From contig CAJFCJ010000009.1 in the NCBI GenBank assembly GCA_904063045.1, forward strand, positions 1,984,968 to 2,048,967: a DNA stretch of 64,000 nucleotides, given 5' to 3'. This document shows positions 53,076 through 64,000 of the stretch, piece after piece. The position numbers and the translations under genes are program-made. Source of the stretch: Dimorphilus gyrociliatus. Lineage: Eukaryota > Animalia > Annelida. How positions within the stretch are numbered: the first letter of the stretch is position 1; each line of letters begins with the position of its first letter. The notes under the pieces were generated by a model. The model was not told the DNA's origin. It made no database searches and was given only the letters and a program-made list of their open reading frames with translations.

Positions 53076-53938
53076 CTTAAAATACAGAGTATGACTATTC
53101 TCTCACAAAAGGATATATTTTTCCGCTTCACGAGAAATAGGTCTCAAATAATAATAACTTTCATTCTGGTATTTTTAACATTGAAGAGATAAAGTTGGCC
53201 TAGAAAGTATTTCATAAGCTTATTGATTTCTCAAAATATATTTGACTACAGATAGATAATTAGACAATTGAAAAAACTTTAAATTAGAGCTTATTATACA
53301 GTTTAATATTTATAATAGTATAAATATCCACAAGCTATTGTCTTCCCTTATCTTTCTACTCTTCTGCACTTTAGTTGTTTCAGCGTTTTTCAACAAATTT
53401 GAACGCTAAAGAGACGACTAGAATAAGAAGGAAAAAGTTTATTTTTACATAATTCGAAGTCATGAAATGTAAATTTACAACCGGAAGTATAGTATTCGAT
53501 TTTTTTTATAAAATAATTTAGTACGTAAATTCTATTGATATTTTACCTTATTAACATAACTTTAATGCTCTTTTGGGCGTTCTCAAAGGTTAATTGACAT
53601 GAAAAACACCTTTCTTTTATAATCTTAAAATCCGATATTTAAATGTATTAATTAATAATAGACTTTATTTTATATCATCGCTAAAAGGAAAAAAAAACCT
53701 ATAAAGTAATTGATTAAAAGAGAAATTTATGATATACTGAATAATAAACGTCTTGTTGGAGGCGTTCCTTGAATTAACTCATTAAAAATTTTGTTTTCTT
53801 CTTTTTTTCTCTCTCTCTCTGTTTCTCAGTCTTTTTACCTTTTCACTAAATGGCTGCGTCGCTGCCTATCGATTTGAATAAGAGCGCTTTTTAGACGCCC
53901 TTTAGTCAGACTCAAGAGCTCTTAATCGACTTTTGAAA

Positions 53939-54439
53939 ATGGAAGATCCACTTGAAGTGAGAAAAATGACGGAGTTAGTTAGAAAAAAGAAGAAAAAGAT
54001 GAAAGATGGTAAACTTCTACCTTCAAAATTACCAAGACCAATTAAGGATTTATCGCAATATATAAATGTAAGTTTTTATTGCTTAAGTATGATAAAGCAT
54101 TCTTTAGATTAAAACTATAATATACTTGCATTTATCCTTTATCTTTAGAAGATCTTATTATTCAATGATGATTTTCCTTCCTAAATTCTATGAAAATTTT
54201 CAAATACAACCGTTATTAATTAAAAGAATAAAAAACTAATTAAAAAGTAGAATAATGATTTTTTTCTAGCAAAATCATTAGGATAATGTGAAAAGTTTGA
54301 CACTATCCTCTTTTATTTTTTAAATGTAGGTTAATTAGTAAACAAAAAGAATTGAGGAAGCGAGTTAATTAATTTAATTAATTGTAGTAGAGTAAAAGAA
54401 AAGTATAAAACGAAAACAAACGAATATAATATCTATATA

Positions 54440-54480
<41 letters not shown>

Positions 54481-57400
54481 TATATTAGTATTATATAAAA
54501 AAAATACAGGAAGACGTTTAAAACTGCAACTTTTCAATCTTTCATTCGCCAAAATCAATATCTTATTAACCAGCCAATTATATTAAATAGAAAACTATTT
54601 AACATCGCCTCTCTTTTTACTTGGAAAACAATCTTACAGCAAGATTTTTTGTGGACAAGTATAAAATAAAAAAGAACTATATGTAAGAAGAGATAAAGGA
54701 AGTTTTTAAAAGAAAAGAGAAACATAAGGAATAGAGAAGAGAATAAAAATTATCGCAATAAAAGGGAAAGAAAATGATTTTAAAAAAGAATCTCATATTG
54801 CTTTCTCTTCTTCGTTCAATTAAATGTATACAAAATCGATTAGATAAGCCTTTGCTAAACGTAGGCCTTTACAAGAGATTTTATAGTAACAGTTGCGAGG
54901 TGATTATTGAACGATTGAATGAATAGAACGAACGAGTGGGTGGAGAAAGAAATAAATAAGAGTAAATTTAAGGGTACCAAGGCCTACTTGGTTTGTAAAT
55001 AGAAGGAAAATTTCCGCTACGAATTCTAAGGAATAAAGAAAAAGCTTTCTTTTCTATTCAGTATATTTTCAATTTCGAAATAAAAAGATCGCTTATTTAA
55101 TTAAACTTATTCAATTATACTTTTATTAACTAGTAATTATTAATTTATATTCATTAAAGAGTTTAAATTTTTCGCTTCCACCCCTTCTTTTCATTTTATC
55201 CTCGTCCTCATTGTTTACACGATTGAACTGTGTAATTAATCGTATAGGACCTAGAGTATCGATCAAAAACTCTTTTTCCTATCTCTCTTCCCCCCTCCCT
55301 TCTCTATTTTATTTGTCCGTCCGCCCCTACTCCCTCCCCCTACCTTTACCTGCCAACCCCCCCCTCTCTCTCTCGCTCTCTCGCTCCCTCTCTTTTCATT
55401 TCTCAATTCAAAAGCAATTGCATCCGCCAATCGTTTTTTTATTTCATTTTCGCCACTTCAGCATTCGCAAGACGAAGATGATATAGAAATCGACAACGAA
55501 GAAGAACAAATGAAAAACGGAATTGACGATAGTACTCCTCGAAGGGGTCATCTAGTGACGTTTTTTAGAAATGGTGATTGTAACTATAAAGGTTTGAGGA
55601 CGGCTATAAGTTCAAAACATTTTGGTAACGTGGAAACGCTAATGGTTTGGTTGAATGACAAAATACCAACAGCTGCCGGAGTTCGCTATATTTTCTCGTT
55701 ACCAGAAGCGAAACTAGTAAGGGATATTACTGAATTTGGTAATGGGGGATCCTATGTTGTTTCAAGCGTTAGAAAACTAATAGGTATAGTTATTTTTTAA
55801 ACACAATTGTTTGGTGTATATTCAATATACGACAATTTCGTTTGATTAATCGATTAAGTAATCTATCCAACTTTTTTATATTCGATTTATAGACGTCGAT
55901 TACGGGTTTTCAAAGGAAGGTTATTGGGTAAATAGACGGCCAACTGCGTCGAAATTTCGAAGATCCGATCAGAATTTATTAGATCTTGCATCACCAGTAA
56001 CTAGCCAAACCTTGTCAAGATCAAACTCTTTGAGAAGCGTGGAATCAACACCCCGTGAATTATTAATAGTCAGTAACACGAAAAGATCTTCAAGACAAAA
56101 GATTTTCCTTAATCCTAAAACAAATCAAGACTTTTCAAGATTTCTTTACGACTTAGGTAATACAGTAGAGCTTGATTATCCGCCTATTACCGCCCTTTTT
56201 ACCGCACAACCACCTTATAAGAAGGTCGAGAGCTATTCACAATTATTGAGAGATTGTAAACTCAACGACGCTTTTATTGCTTGCGGTCAAGAGGGTAAAC
56301 CTAAAGAGTTTAATCAAAGCGATTCCGAAACACCAAGAAACCAATCAAAACGTTCTTATTTACAACAATATAAAGCAAATAAACAAGCTGTACAGCCGAA
56401 GAGAGATCGCTGGGAAAGTGAAGATACATCCATACCAAAACCTAAGCCTAATGAACTTGACCATACAATCAATGTTCTGCGAGCCGAAATTAATGGAAGA
56501 AGAAGAAGTTTTTTAATTCCTACTTCTCTAACAAAACAAGCTAATTCTCTTAGGCCTAAGAAAAGATTAAAATTAGATTGGATTTATGGAATGAATACGT
56601 CATCCAAGCATCCTCTTCATGTACTATCGACTGGTGAATTAGTTTATACAGTAGCAAATATTGCTGTAGTTTATGATAGGAAAAAGTCAGCTCAGAGGTT
56701 TTTCACAGGCCATAAAATGCCTATAACTTGCTTAACAGTTCATCCAGATCCACTTCAGCCATATGTAGCTACAGTTCAGTCGGTGAGGCCTGTAATAAAA
56801 ATATGGGACGCCAGATCACTCGCCATTTACGGCGAGATAGGAGAAGGTAGTTTACAAGGCAATATTTCCAGTATTCAATTCTCAGTTACGGGATTAATGT
56901 TAGCCGTTGACTCGTCAGACAAGCACACTCTCTTCATATGGGATTGGAGGAACAAAGAACTTCTCATAAGGACAATGGTAAGTTCATAAATCTTTATATT
57001 TCTTTATAGTTTATAGTTCCATTTAACCCCCTTAGCCTATCCTTTGCTTAATCCATGTTTTTTAAAATTAATCGAACTTTAGTAAACAATTATTATTTCG
57101 TCTTTTCCTAATTAATCGTCAGTTGGACGGTTGGGCTGATTTTTTAACATCTTTAAGATATTCAACACTATCCGCCAAATACATGATGCTATTGGTAAGC
57201 TTAAGCACAACATGGAAATATCAAACTTTCCCTTATCTTTTTTTTTAAAAAAAAAAAAAGACAAAAAATAAAAAGTAAAAATGCAAATTCTTTTTATCAC
57301 GTAACATAAATGAAAGACACTAAATATTTTAGATTCTACACGCATATTTAATCTTTATATATATGTATGTATACTGTATATATAAATATACGGTATATAT

Positions 57401-59254
57401 GAATGAAATGCAAGTTAATAAATGAATTATAATCAACATTAAAGAAATATAAGAGAATATGAAACATATTGATTATAATAAATCACTATAGATTGTATTT
57501 CTTTTATCATTATTCAATAAACAAAAGCATTCGCACTGCACTAACAATTGGGAAAAAGCTGGATCGGTAAGGCAAATCTTCTACTGTATATTATATGCAA
57601 TACTGTAGTACACATGATGTTCTGTTATGATATCTCTCTCTTCTTTATTATAACTATATGTATTTGTATTCTATCTTCATCCACATTAGATTTAAAATGA
57701 AATATTAAACTTTTCTTTTCCAAATTATTTTTTTTATAAAAAAACAAAATTGCACAAAAAAATTATTTTTTTCTATTTTACTTTATTTCATGATAGTAAT
57801 GTTCTAAAAATGTTTATTATTAGGCTACAACGGAAACTTCAGTGGTATCTGCTATTTTTCATCCACACGATCCGAGTTTGATAATTACCTACGGCAGGCA
57901 GCACATACATTTTTGGAAGTTATTTACCGAAGGCGATAACTCGTACAAGTTACTCAGAGATAAGGATAGTGGAAATTTTATCGATTATTTTGCCCCAATT
58001 CCAAGCCATGTTACCGCTGTATCATTTTCACCAAGTGGAGATGTTGTTACTGCCGATTCTGAAGGAAGGATTATTGTTTGGAGTAAAGATGAAACTGATG
58101 CTTATACCATTAATGAAGAATACAGCGGGGATTTATTACGAGCTCATTATAAGAAGCCTATAACATCCTTAACTACCTTAGGAGATGGTACATTATTATC
58201 GTGTGCTGGTAATGAAATAAAAGCATGGGATTTATCGGCTGATTATCGATTTGTGACTGAACGTTTAATACCGGAAGTTGCGGGAACTATTAAGAGTGTT
58301 GTAACAAGAAATATTGGTGGAATGGATGGTGCTATTTACGTAGTTACGGCTAAATCATCATTTTTAGAGGGATCTTTACAAGATAAACTGTCATTCGTCT
58401 TCCATGCTCATTCTCAATCAATAGCAGGGCTCGCTGTTCATCCAAGTGAACCTTTCTTTTACACTGCTGGTCAGGACTCTTACGTTTGTAAATGGTCCGC
58501 TGCGAAGAAGAAGATGATCTGGCGAATTCATGTTGATATTAGTTGTTCATCTTTGGCTCTTGACCCGCATGGAAAGGTTCTTTCAGTGGGTACTTCTAAT
58601 GGACGTCTAATTGCTTTGAATGCTTTAACTGGCGATCATCTATCGTCGATTCAAATATCAAATGATTTACTTGATTCAGTCAGCTATTCACCGAAAGGCG
58701 ATCGCTTAGCAGCCGCGTGCCATGACGGAAACGTCTATATTTTCGACGTACTCGACGATTCCGTAGTCTATAGGAGAAGAGACAAAAAAGGAACTCTCCG
58801 AGGTCATAACAATGCTGTTTTAAACATCGATTGGGACAAAAGTGGAAGATATATACAAAGTGAATCGCGAGACTTTGACATATTGAATTGGGATACTGAT
58901 AAAATGAGTATTGTTAAAGAAGAAACAGCTGCAAAATTTGAATGGAGTACGCATAGCTGTACAATTGGAGCCAGAATTTCTGGAGCTTGGGCAAACATAG
59001 CAGATGGAGGCTATATAAGTTGCTGTAATACAAATTGGAATGGAAAATTACTATTAACCGGCGGAGCGGAAGGTTCCATAAAACTTTACAATTATCCTTG
59101 TTTACCAAATTCAAATTTTGACGAAAGACGTCCGTACTGGGACGTTGTTAGACGAGTTAACTTCTCGGCCGATGATTGCCACGCATTTACAATTGGTGGA
59201 AAAGAGAGCGCCATTCTACAATGGTCTCTCTCCGACCAATTAGAATTTACGTGA
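53939..59254 (+). CDS. EML-family microtubule-associated protein with N-terminal doublecortin domain(s), DCX-EMAP type. Exons 53939-54067 (probable), 55462-55783, 55893-56977, 57824-59254
   Basis: DCX signature VTFFRNGD...GVRYIFSL...GGSYVVSS; a second DCX-like stretch PRELLIVSN...; HELP motif KRLKLDWIYG; many WD40 repeats (e.g. LRGHNNAVLNIDWD, GGKESAILQW). Confidence 0.87.
54443..54475. repeat. (TA)n microsatellite preceded by ATACTG, in EML intron 1
   Basis: Seen directly in the sequence. Confidence 0.95.
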
Positions 59255-59699
59255 ATAAAAAAGTAAAAGTTTACTTATCAAAAATTCAGAATTATGCATT
59301 TAAAAATGAATTTATTATGTAAATACCAACTAACTATTTAAGTACAAATTCAAAAACAAATAGGGTGAAAGAAATGCCATAAGTAGTTTACATTAATTCC
59401 ATTTATTAACATTAAATTACACAAAAGAAGACTATACTATCAAACTATTCTACTAAAGATTATATAAATACATTTACAAACACAATAATCTTTTGTAAAT
59501 TAGTGATATTTTCAGATAATAAAGATAATATAGATGGTATCTTTATTATCATCATTGGCTTGTTTTTCAACAGAGGTACAATATTAAAAAAATAATCATT
59601 TTGACCTTACTAAAAGGAAAGGAAGAATCTGAAAATATGTGCGTGTGTTTGTTTGTGTCTAAGAGTGTAAAGAGTGTAAAGGTGTAAGTTCTTTTTTCC

Positions 59700-62581
59700 T
59701 CACGTCATCGTCATAGGTTCAACCGGAACAAGTCTAAACATCTGATTGTTATTTGCCAAGAAGAAGCCTCCATTTGCTAGAATGCTTGTTGGTATTGGCT
59801 CAGGATTCGCAATTTCTGTCACTTCATTTTGGGTTCTTACAGGTTGTTCCTGTATATCAGATAAGGTTGGGCCATCTTTCATTAACTCCTGAAAAAGTTG
59901 ATTTATCCACGCTTCCGAATCGCCTCTTTCGCTCATTCTATCTGAATCTGAATCAGCATTATTACCGAATGCTGGTGCAGCAGGATTATAAGGTCGACTA
60001 AATATATTCCCATCGGGCGAGCAAGGAGATGAATTTGGATCCGATCGATTTTCACTACCAGCTATTTCATCATGTTCATTCTCCCTTTCAACTTTCGAAA
60101 CATCAACAACAATAATTGTTGTCATTTGTAGTTCTTCATATGAGGTTGAACTGCCTTTAGACATTTCTATAGGAGAAGTACAGCCTTTGAAATTCTACTT
60201 TTACTCTTCTTTATTTATATTTAAATAATTTTTATCAATAACTAATAATATACCTGGAACCATACTCAAAATATATTCGCTGTTATTTACAAACTCTTTT
60301 TCTGATCCATCATAAATGACCAGTTTCCTCAGTAGGGGGAAACGTTGTCTCTTTCTAAGAAAAAGATAAAACAAGTCAGCGATAAACAAAAGAATAAGTA
60401 GGCAGTAAATTATAGAAGGTATAATATGTTATTGAGTATTATAGAGCACCAATACCGATTTAATGATAACTTACATTGGACAATCATACTGCATTGAAAG
60501 TAGAATACGAACAAGGCCAGTTTTCTTTAATTCTTTTTCTTTAAGATTTTGTCTTGTTTTCAAAATGATTCTTTTATCTCTAGAAGTTACATATAAAACT
60601 TCTAGAGTTAATTGTCCGCAAACTTCCTGAGACTGATCCTTATTTATAGCCTTTTCGCTAAATCTTACAAGAAATGCACCGTGCTTCCTCTGTCCATCAA
60701 ATAATATTGCTTTTACGTGATTGGGTGTAGCAAAGCCAAAAATAACCCTAATAAATTAATGAATGATTATTAATAATTTAATTTAAATTTCAATTATTAT
60801 TATACCCTTTGGCCCATTCAATTTTATAGTTACTGGCAGTAGTGAGGCAAGCGTAGAAATATTTCCAAAAGGTAAAATCCTTACCACTTTCTTCGCGAAG
60901 TCGTTTCTATAATAAAGAATAGTTGATTAATAAAAAAATATCAAAGTTACACAAATATTCTATAACGGACCCTATGAAATTGTTCCCAAGTAACTTCTTC
61001 ATCATCAAAATTGTCTCGATATTCACAGCCTATAAAAATTAAAATAGATTATTAAATATGTAAAATATAATTCATTTTATATTTATTTATCTTACGGAGA
61101 ACTCTCGACGCTAAATATTTCAGGTCGTTATCATTCAAAGGTCTTTGATATTTAGCAGTAAATGTCTTCTTTGACCAAATAGATTTTAGAAATTTCTTTA
61201 AATAAACCCATTTAACTTTTGTAGGTATTTGGCTATCCTGTACTCTACCTCTCTGTAAACAAAAAAAGCAGATTTATATAGTTATATACATTATATATTG
61301 TTTACCAATTAAATTAAATCTTACCGATGAATTGCCGAATAAATTAAACCAAAAAATTGTACCAAGAGCATCAACAGTTTGAGTAACGTGTTTTATCAAA
61401 GTGATTGGCAATGTTATATCCTAAAATGAATTTTATTGTTTAAAATGAATTTTAGATTTATTATATAAACTTATATAAACTTACTTTGGCAAGACAACTT
61501 TTAAAATGCGGTATATCTGTTTGGCATTCAACTTGTATAACAAAAAAATACTTTTTCTCCCTTATAAAGTCTTTTTTATCGGATTTTTCTTGTCTGTTTA
61601 CACGATCCATACTAAGTTTCTGAATATTCCATACGATACTTCGGTCTGTTGATTCGCTATCGTGTCTCAAATGTTCTTTGGTAATAATTCGTCCAAATTT
61701 GTTTATATATCTTTCAGAATCTCTATCCCATACTCTCGACGCTTGTTCGACATCACATTCGTAAATGGGTATTACTTGAAGGGGCGACGTTACTTTTAAA
61801 CAATCTTGACCCAACAATTTCACAACCATTGGAATATTCTTTATAATCTTTTTATCAACTTTTAATATTTGAGGTGGTTGATTGACAATTATCAATGCCG
61901 AACTAATTGTTAGAGATCATTTTAAAGTATAAATAATTTCTATTTACGTATTATCAAAAGATAAGTAAATACCGTTCTACAAAATCCATAACAGGCTTAT
62001 ATAAAAGATTTATAATTTCTCCGGCTTGATTCACATGCATATGATCGATGCATTTTTCCACAATTTTTCTTGCCGTTAATAGAAACATTCGAGATCTGAA
62101 CGGATAGAATGAATGGATTGATAGATAAATGAATAAATAACTAATGTAATTACCCGTCATCAATGAGTCTTAAGCATTCGGGACCATGATTTTGAAAATC
62201 TTCAACAAGACCTGAACCATTTAAACTTTTTCTTTGACAAATTTTCCAGTAATCAATAACATACTGTATAATTATTATTCAAATTAGTAAATTAGGTTTT
62301 AATTAGGTCTTTTCAATGGAAATATTTACACATAATCGGCCCTTCAAATCGATTAGCATGTGACAAACATGCTTAAATTCTCCAATTCCTCCAGAGAAGT
62401 CTCTCTGTATTGTTGACAGAAATTTGACTTTGCTATAAGACGTAGAATCATATTTTTAGTAAAATATTCAAACCTTGTTTACATCATTACAAGCATCAAA
62501 TATAGATTTATTAAAATTCTTGACTTCTTCTTCAAGAGAGGAGTATTTACAAGTCCTTTCCCAAAACGACGACTCCCCCAT
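59700..62581 (-). CDS. STAT: Highly divergent STAT transcription factor, about 695 aa. Exons 62581-62474, 62404-62330, 62263-62154, 62095-61973, 61902-61485, 61420-61325, 61252-61096, 61029-60971, 60906-60806, 60747-60475, 60354-60254, 60166-59700
   Basis: Collinear matches to STAT5-type domains: coiled-coil YWKICQRKSLNG; DBD SALIIVNQPPQILK and LPITLIKHVTQ...TIFWFNLF; linker VKW...LNDNDLKYLASRV, VTWEQFHR and FTFWKYF; SH2 WAKGVIFGF...GAFLVRFSE; tail NSEYILSMVP. All 11 introns are GT-AG and the total of 2088 nt keeps the frame. The start codon and exon 1-2 junction are the least certain parts. Confidence 0.85.
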
Positions 62582-64000
62582 TATCCGAATGAAATCTTGA
62601 AAAGCAACTGACTGAAAAAGATCTGATTCGTGCTTCTGTAGGCGATGCTTATTGGTCGAGTAGTTGGCCTATCCCTGCTCAATATTATTCTTCGCGTTAT
62701 TGTTAGAGATATTTGCTAATTTTTAATATTACACAATTAAAGATGTACTCATAATTCTACAACATATCTTTGATAACTGAGAAAAAACTGATGGCTTATT
62801 CTCAAGAGTTCAGACTTGTAACTACTGTTTATGGTACTGCTCTATAAAGCATTTTTGAGTACTTATCATAAACAACATTGCATTGAAAGCAAGATAAGAT
62901 AGCGAAATGATAATAGACTGTTTTGTGATATTTAGTATTTTATATAAAGAAACCTGCCTTTGATGCAAAAATCAAAACTTCCTCATAGCTTTATTTCAAA
63001 CTCGAAATGGCGGTATAGTGTATTCTATAAATAACTTACAAAATGGAAAGTCCCTTTTTTTCCATAGATGCGATAAATTGATAGAAACAGAGTAGTCACA
63101 ATGAAATGTTACGCATTATATATTTAAAATTATTTAGTTTTATTACAAGATGTTATCATTACCAGAGAAAATATTCTACAATTGTTGAATAGAATTTTTA
63201 TGTGTTATTGAAAAACTTTGGACGGAAACGGGAGAAGCAGTAAAAGAGAGAGAGAGAGAAGGAGAGAGAATGAAAGAGGGAGGGAAGATATAGAAAAACA
63301 TTCATTTATAGTCATACACACGTAAACACAAATAGCACACACAAAAAAAACAAAGATAAATGATTGAAACAAGATATGATTTTATTCTCATATAGACTAT
63401 GATTCATTATATCCATTACATATTTGTTATGATTTCCCCAGCTTCTTTCTTTGGCATAGTTTAAGATATAGAATATGTACCGCTCTATTGTCATTGCTTC
63501 GCTATTGTAAAATGATCTTTTTACGTCATTAGTAATGCTCCTAAAGAAAATAGTCCTATATGTATCAGACTACTTTTTCATACTTTAACAAAAACGTACC
63601 AATTCTTTGCATACCTTTTTCTATACTGATATATATTTTCATCTTTTATTTTATTCTCTCTCTTTAACCCCTGAAGGATTGTTCTGGGAAGAATAAATGA
63701 TCCCTATTGTAGAAATCGTTCCTGCCTCTCCAACGATGATGACAATTAATGTTCTAATTAGATTTACTATTATATATTATATAGGTTAAATGTGTGTATG
63801 CTATCAAGCGAATCAAACTATTCAATTCATAAAAAAACAGGTCATTTTTTAATAGAAAAAGCAAAGAAAAGAGATACTCTTTTCATTAAAATCACAAATA
63901 AGATAGACCTCTATCTTTCTCTCTAAAACAAGCCTATAAAACAAACTTATAACAGATTTTGTACTTTATTCAGTTTTTGGACAAAACTAGAATTCGAGTA

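Noticed and set aside
53108-53116. ATATCCTTT (AT-AC U12 donor consensus) on the minus strand upstream of the sulfotransferase
   Set aside because: There is no downstream U12 branch site or matching AC acceptor.
55211-55486. 91-aa Pro/Ser/Leu-rich ORF
   Set aside because: It is a translation of the C-rich low-complexity intronic tract, in a different frame from the EML exon.
11814-59254. A 'mechanosensory cluster' of LHFPL + DCX-EMAP + dynein
   Set aside because: The LHFPL resembles LHFPL6, not the hair-cell LHFPL5/TMHS. The genes are tens of kb apart with unrelated housekeeping genes between them.
59700-60164. 154-aa ORF as a stand-alone gene
   Set aside because: It is preceded by a good acceptor (tcctatag at 60167-60168) in the phase required by the previous STAT exon, so it is the STAT last exon.
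63490-63790. Exon-like pieces near the window end (e.g. MIPIVEIVPASP on plus, RTLIVIIVGEAG on minus)
   Set aside because: Too short, ambiguous in strand and with no recognisable homology; sequence beyond the window is needed.
1-64000. CRISPR arrays, rRNA/tRNA genes, intact transposons or retroelements
   Set aside because: I saw no spaced direct-repeat array, no cloverleaf with A/B boxes, and no transposase/RT/integrase ORF or long terminal or inverted repeats by eye. tRNAscan-SE and RepeatModeler would be needed to exclude them formally.

Overview
This is AT-rich (roughly 30% GC by eye), gene-dense animal DNA with mostly 50-100 bp GT-AG introns. The myohemerythrin and the compact layout point to a compact-genome lophotrochozoan, most plausibly an annelid such as Dimorphilus gyrociliatus (inference). 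I hand-spliced 17 protein-coding genes, in order: the 3' two-thirds of axonemal dynein DNAH1, LHFPL6-like, a portabella-type SLC18 vesicular transporter, an NPY/NPF-like GPCR, an unassigned ankyrin-repeat protein, alpha-SNAP, two convergent TPC3 two-pore channel paralogs, an atypical FABP, PNO1, DDHD1, myohemerythrin, ERO1, NUDT14, a bacterial-type sulfotransferase, a DCX-EMAP-type EML, and a highly divergent STAT that the ORF track shows only as fragments. There is also a decayed protein-kinase fossil. The strongest leads are: (1) the cryptic 12-exon STAT, apparently lacking its N-domain; (2) the tail-to-tail TPC3 duplicate pair, with predicted overlapping 3' ends and a block loss of 9 introns in one copy; (3) the portabella-like orphan transporter; (4) the myohemerythrin/ERO1 pair with HRE/MRE-like elements. 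I saw no CRISPR arrays, tRNA/rRNA genes or intact transposons. All protein assignments come from motif recognition from memory; no database search was run.
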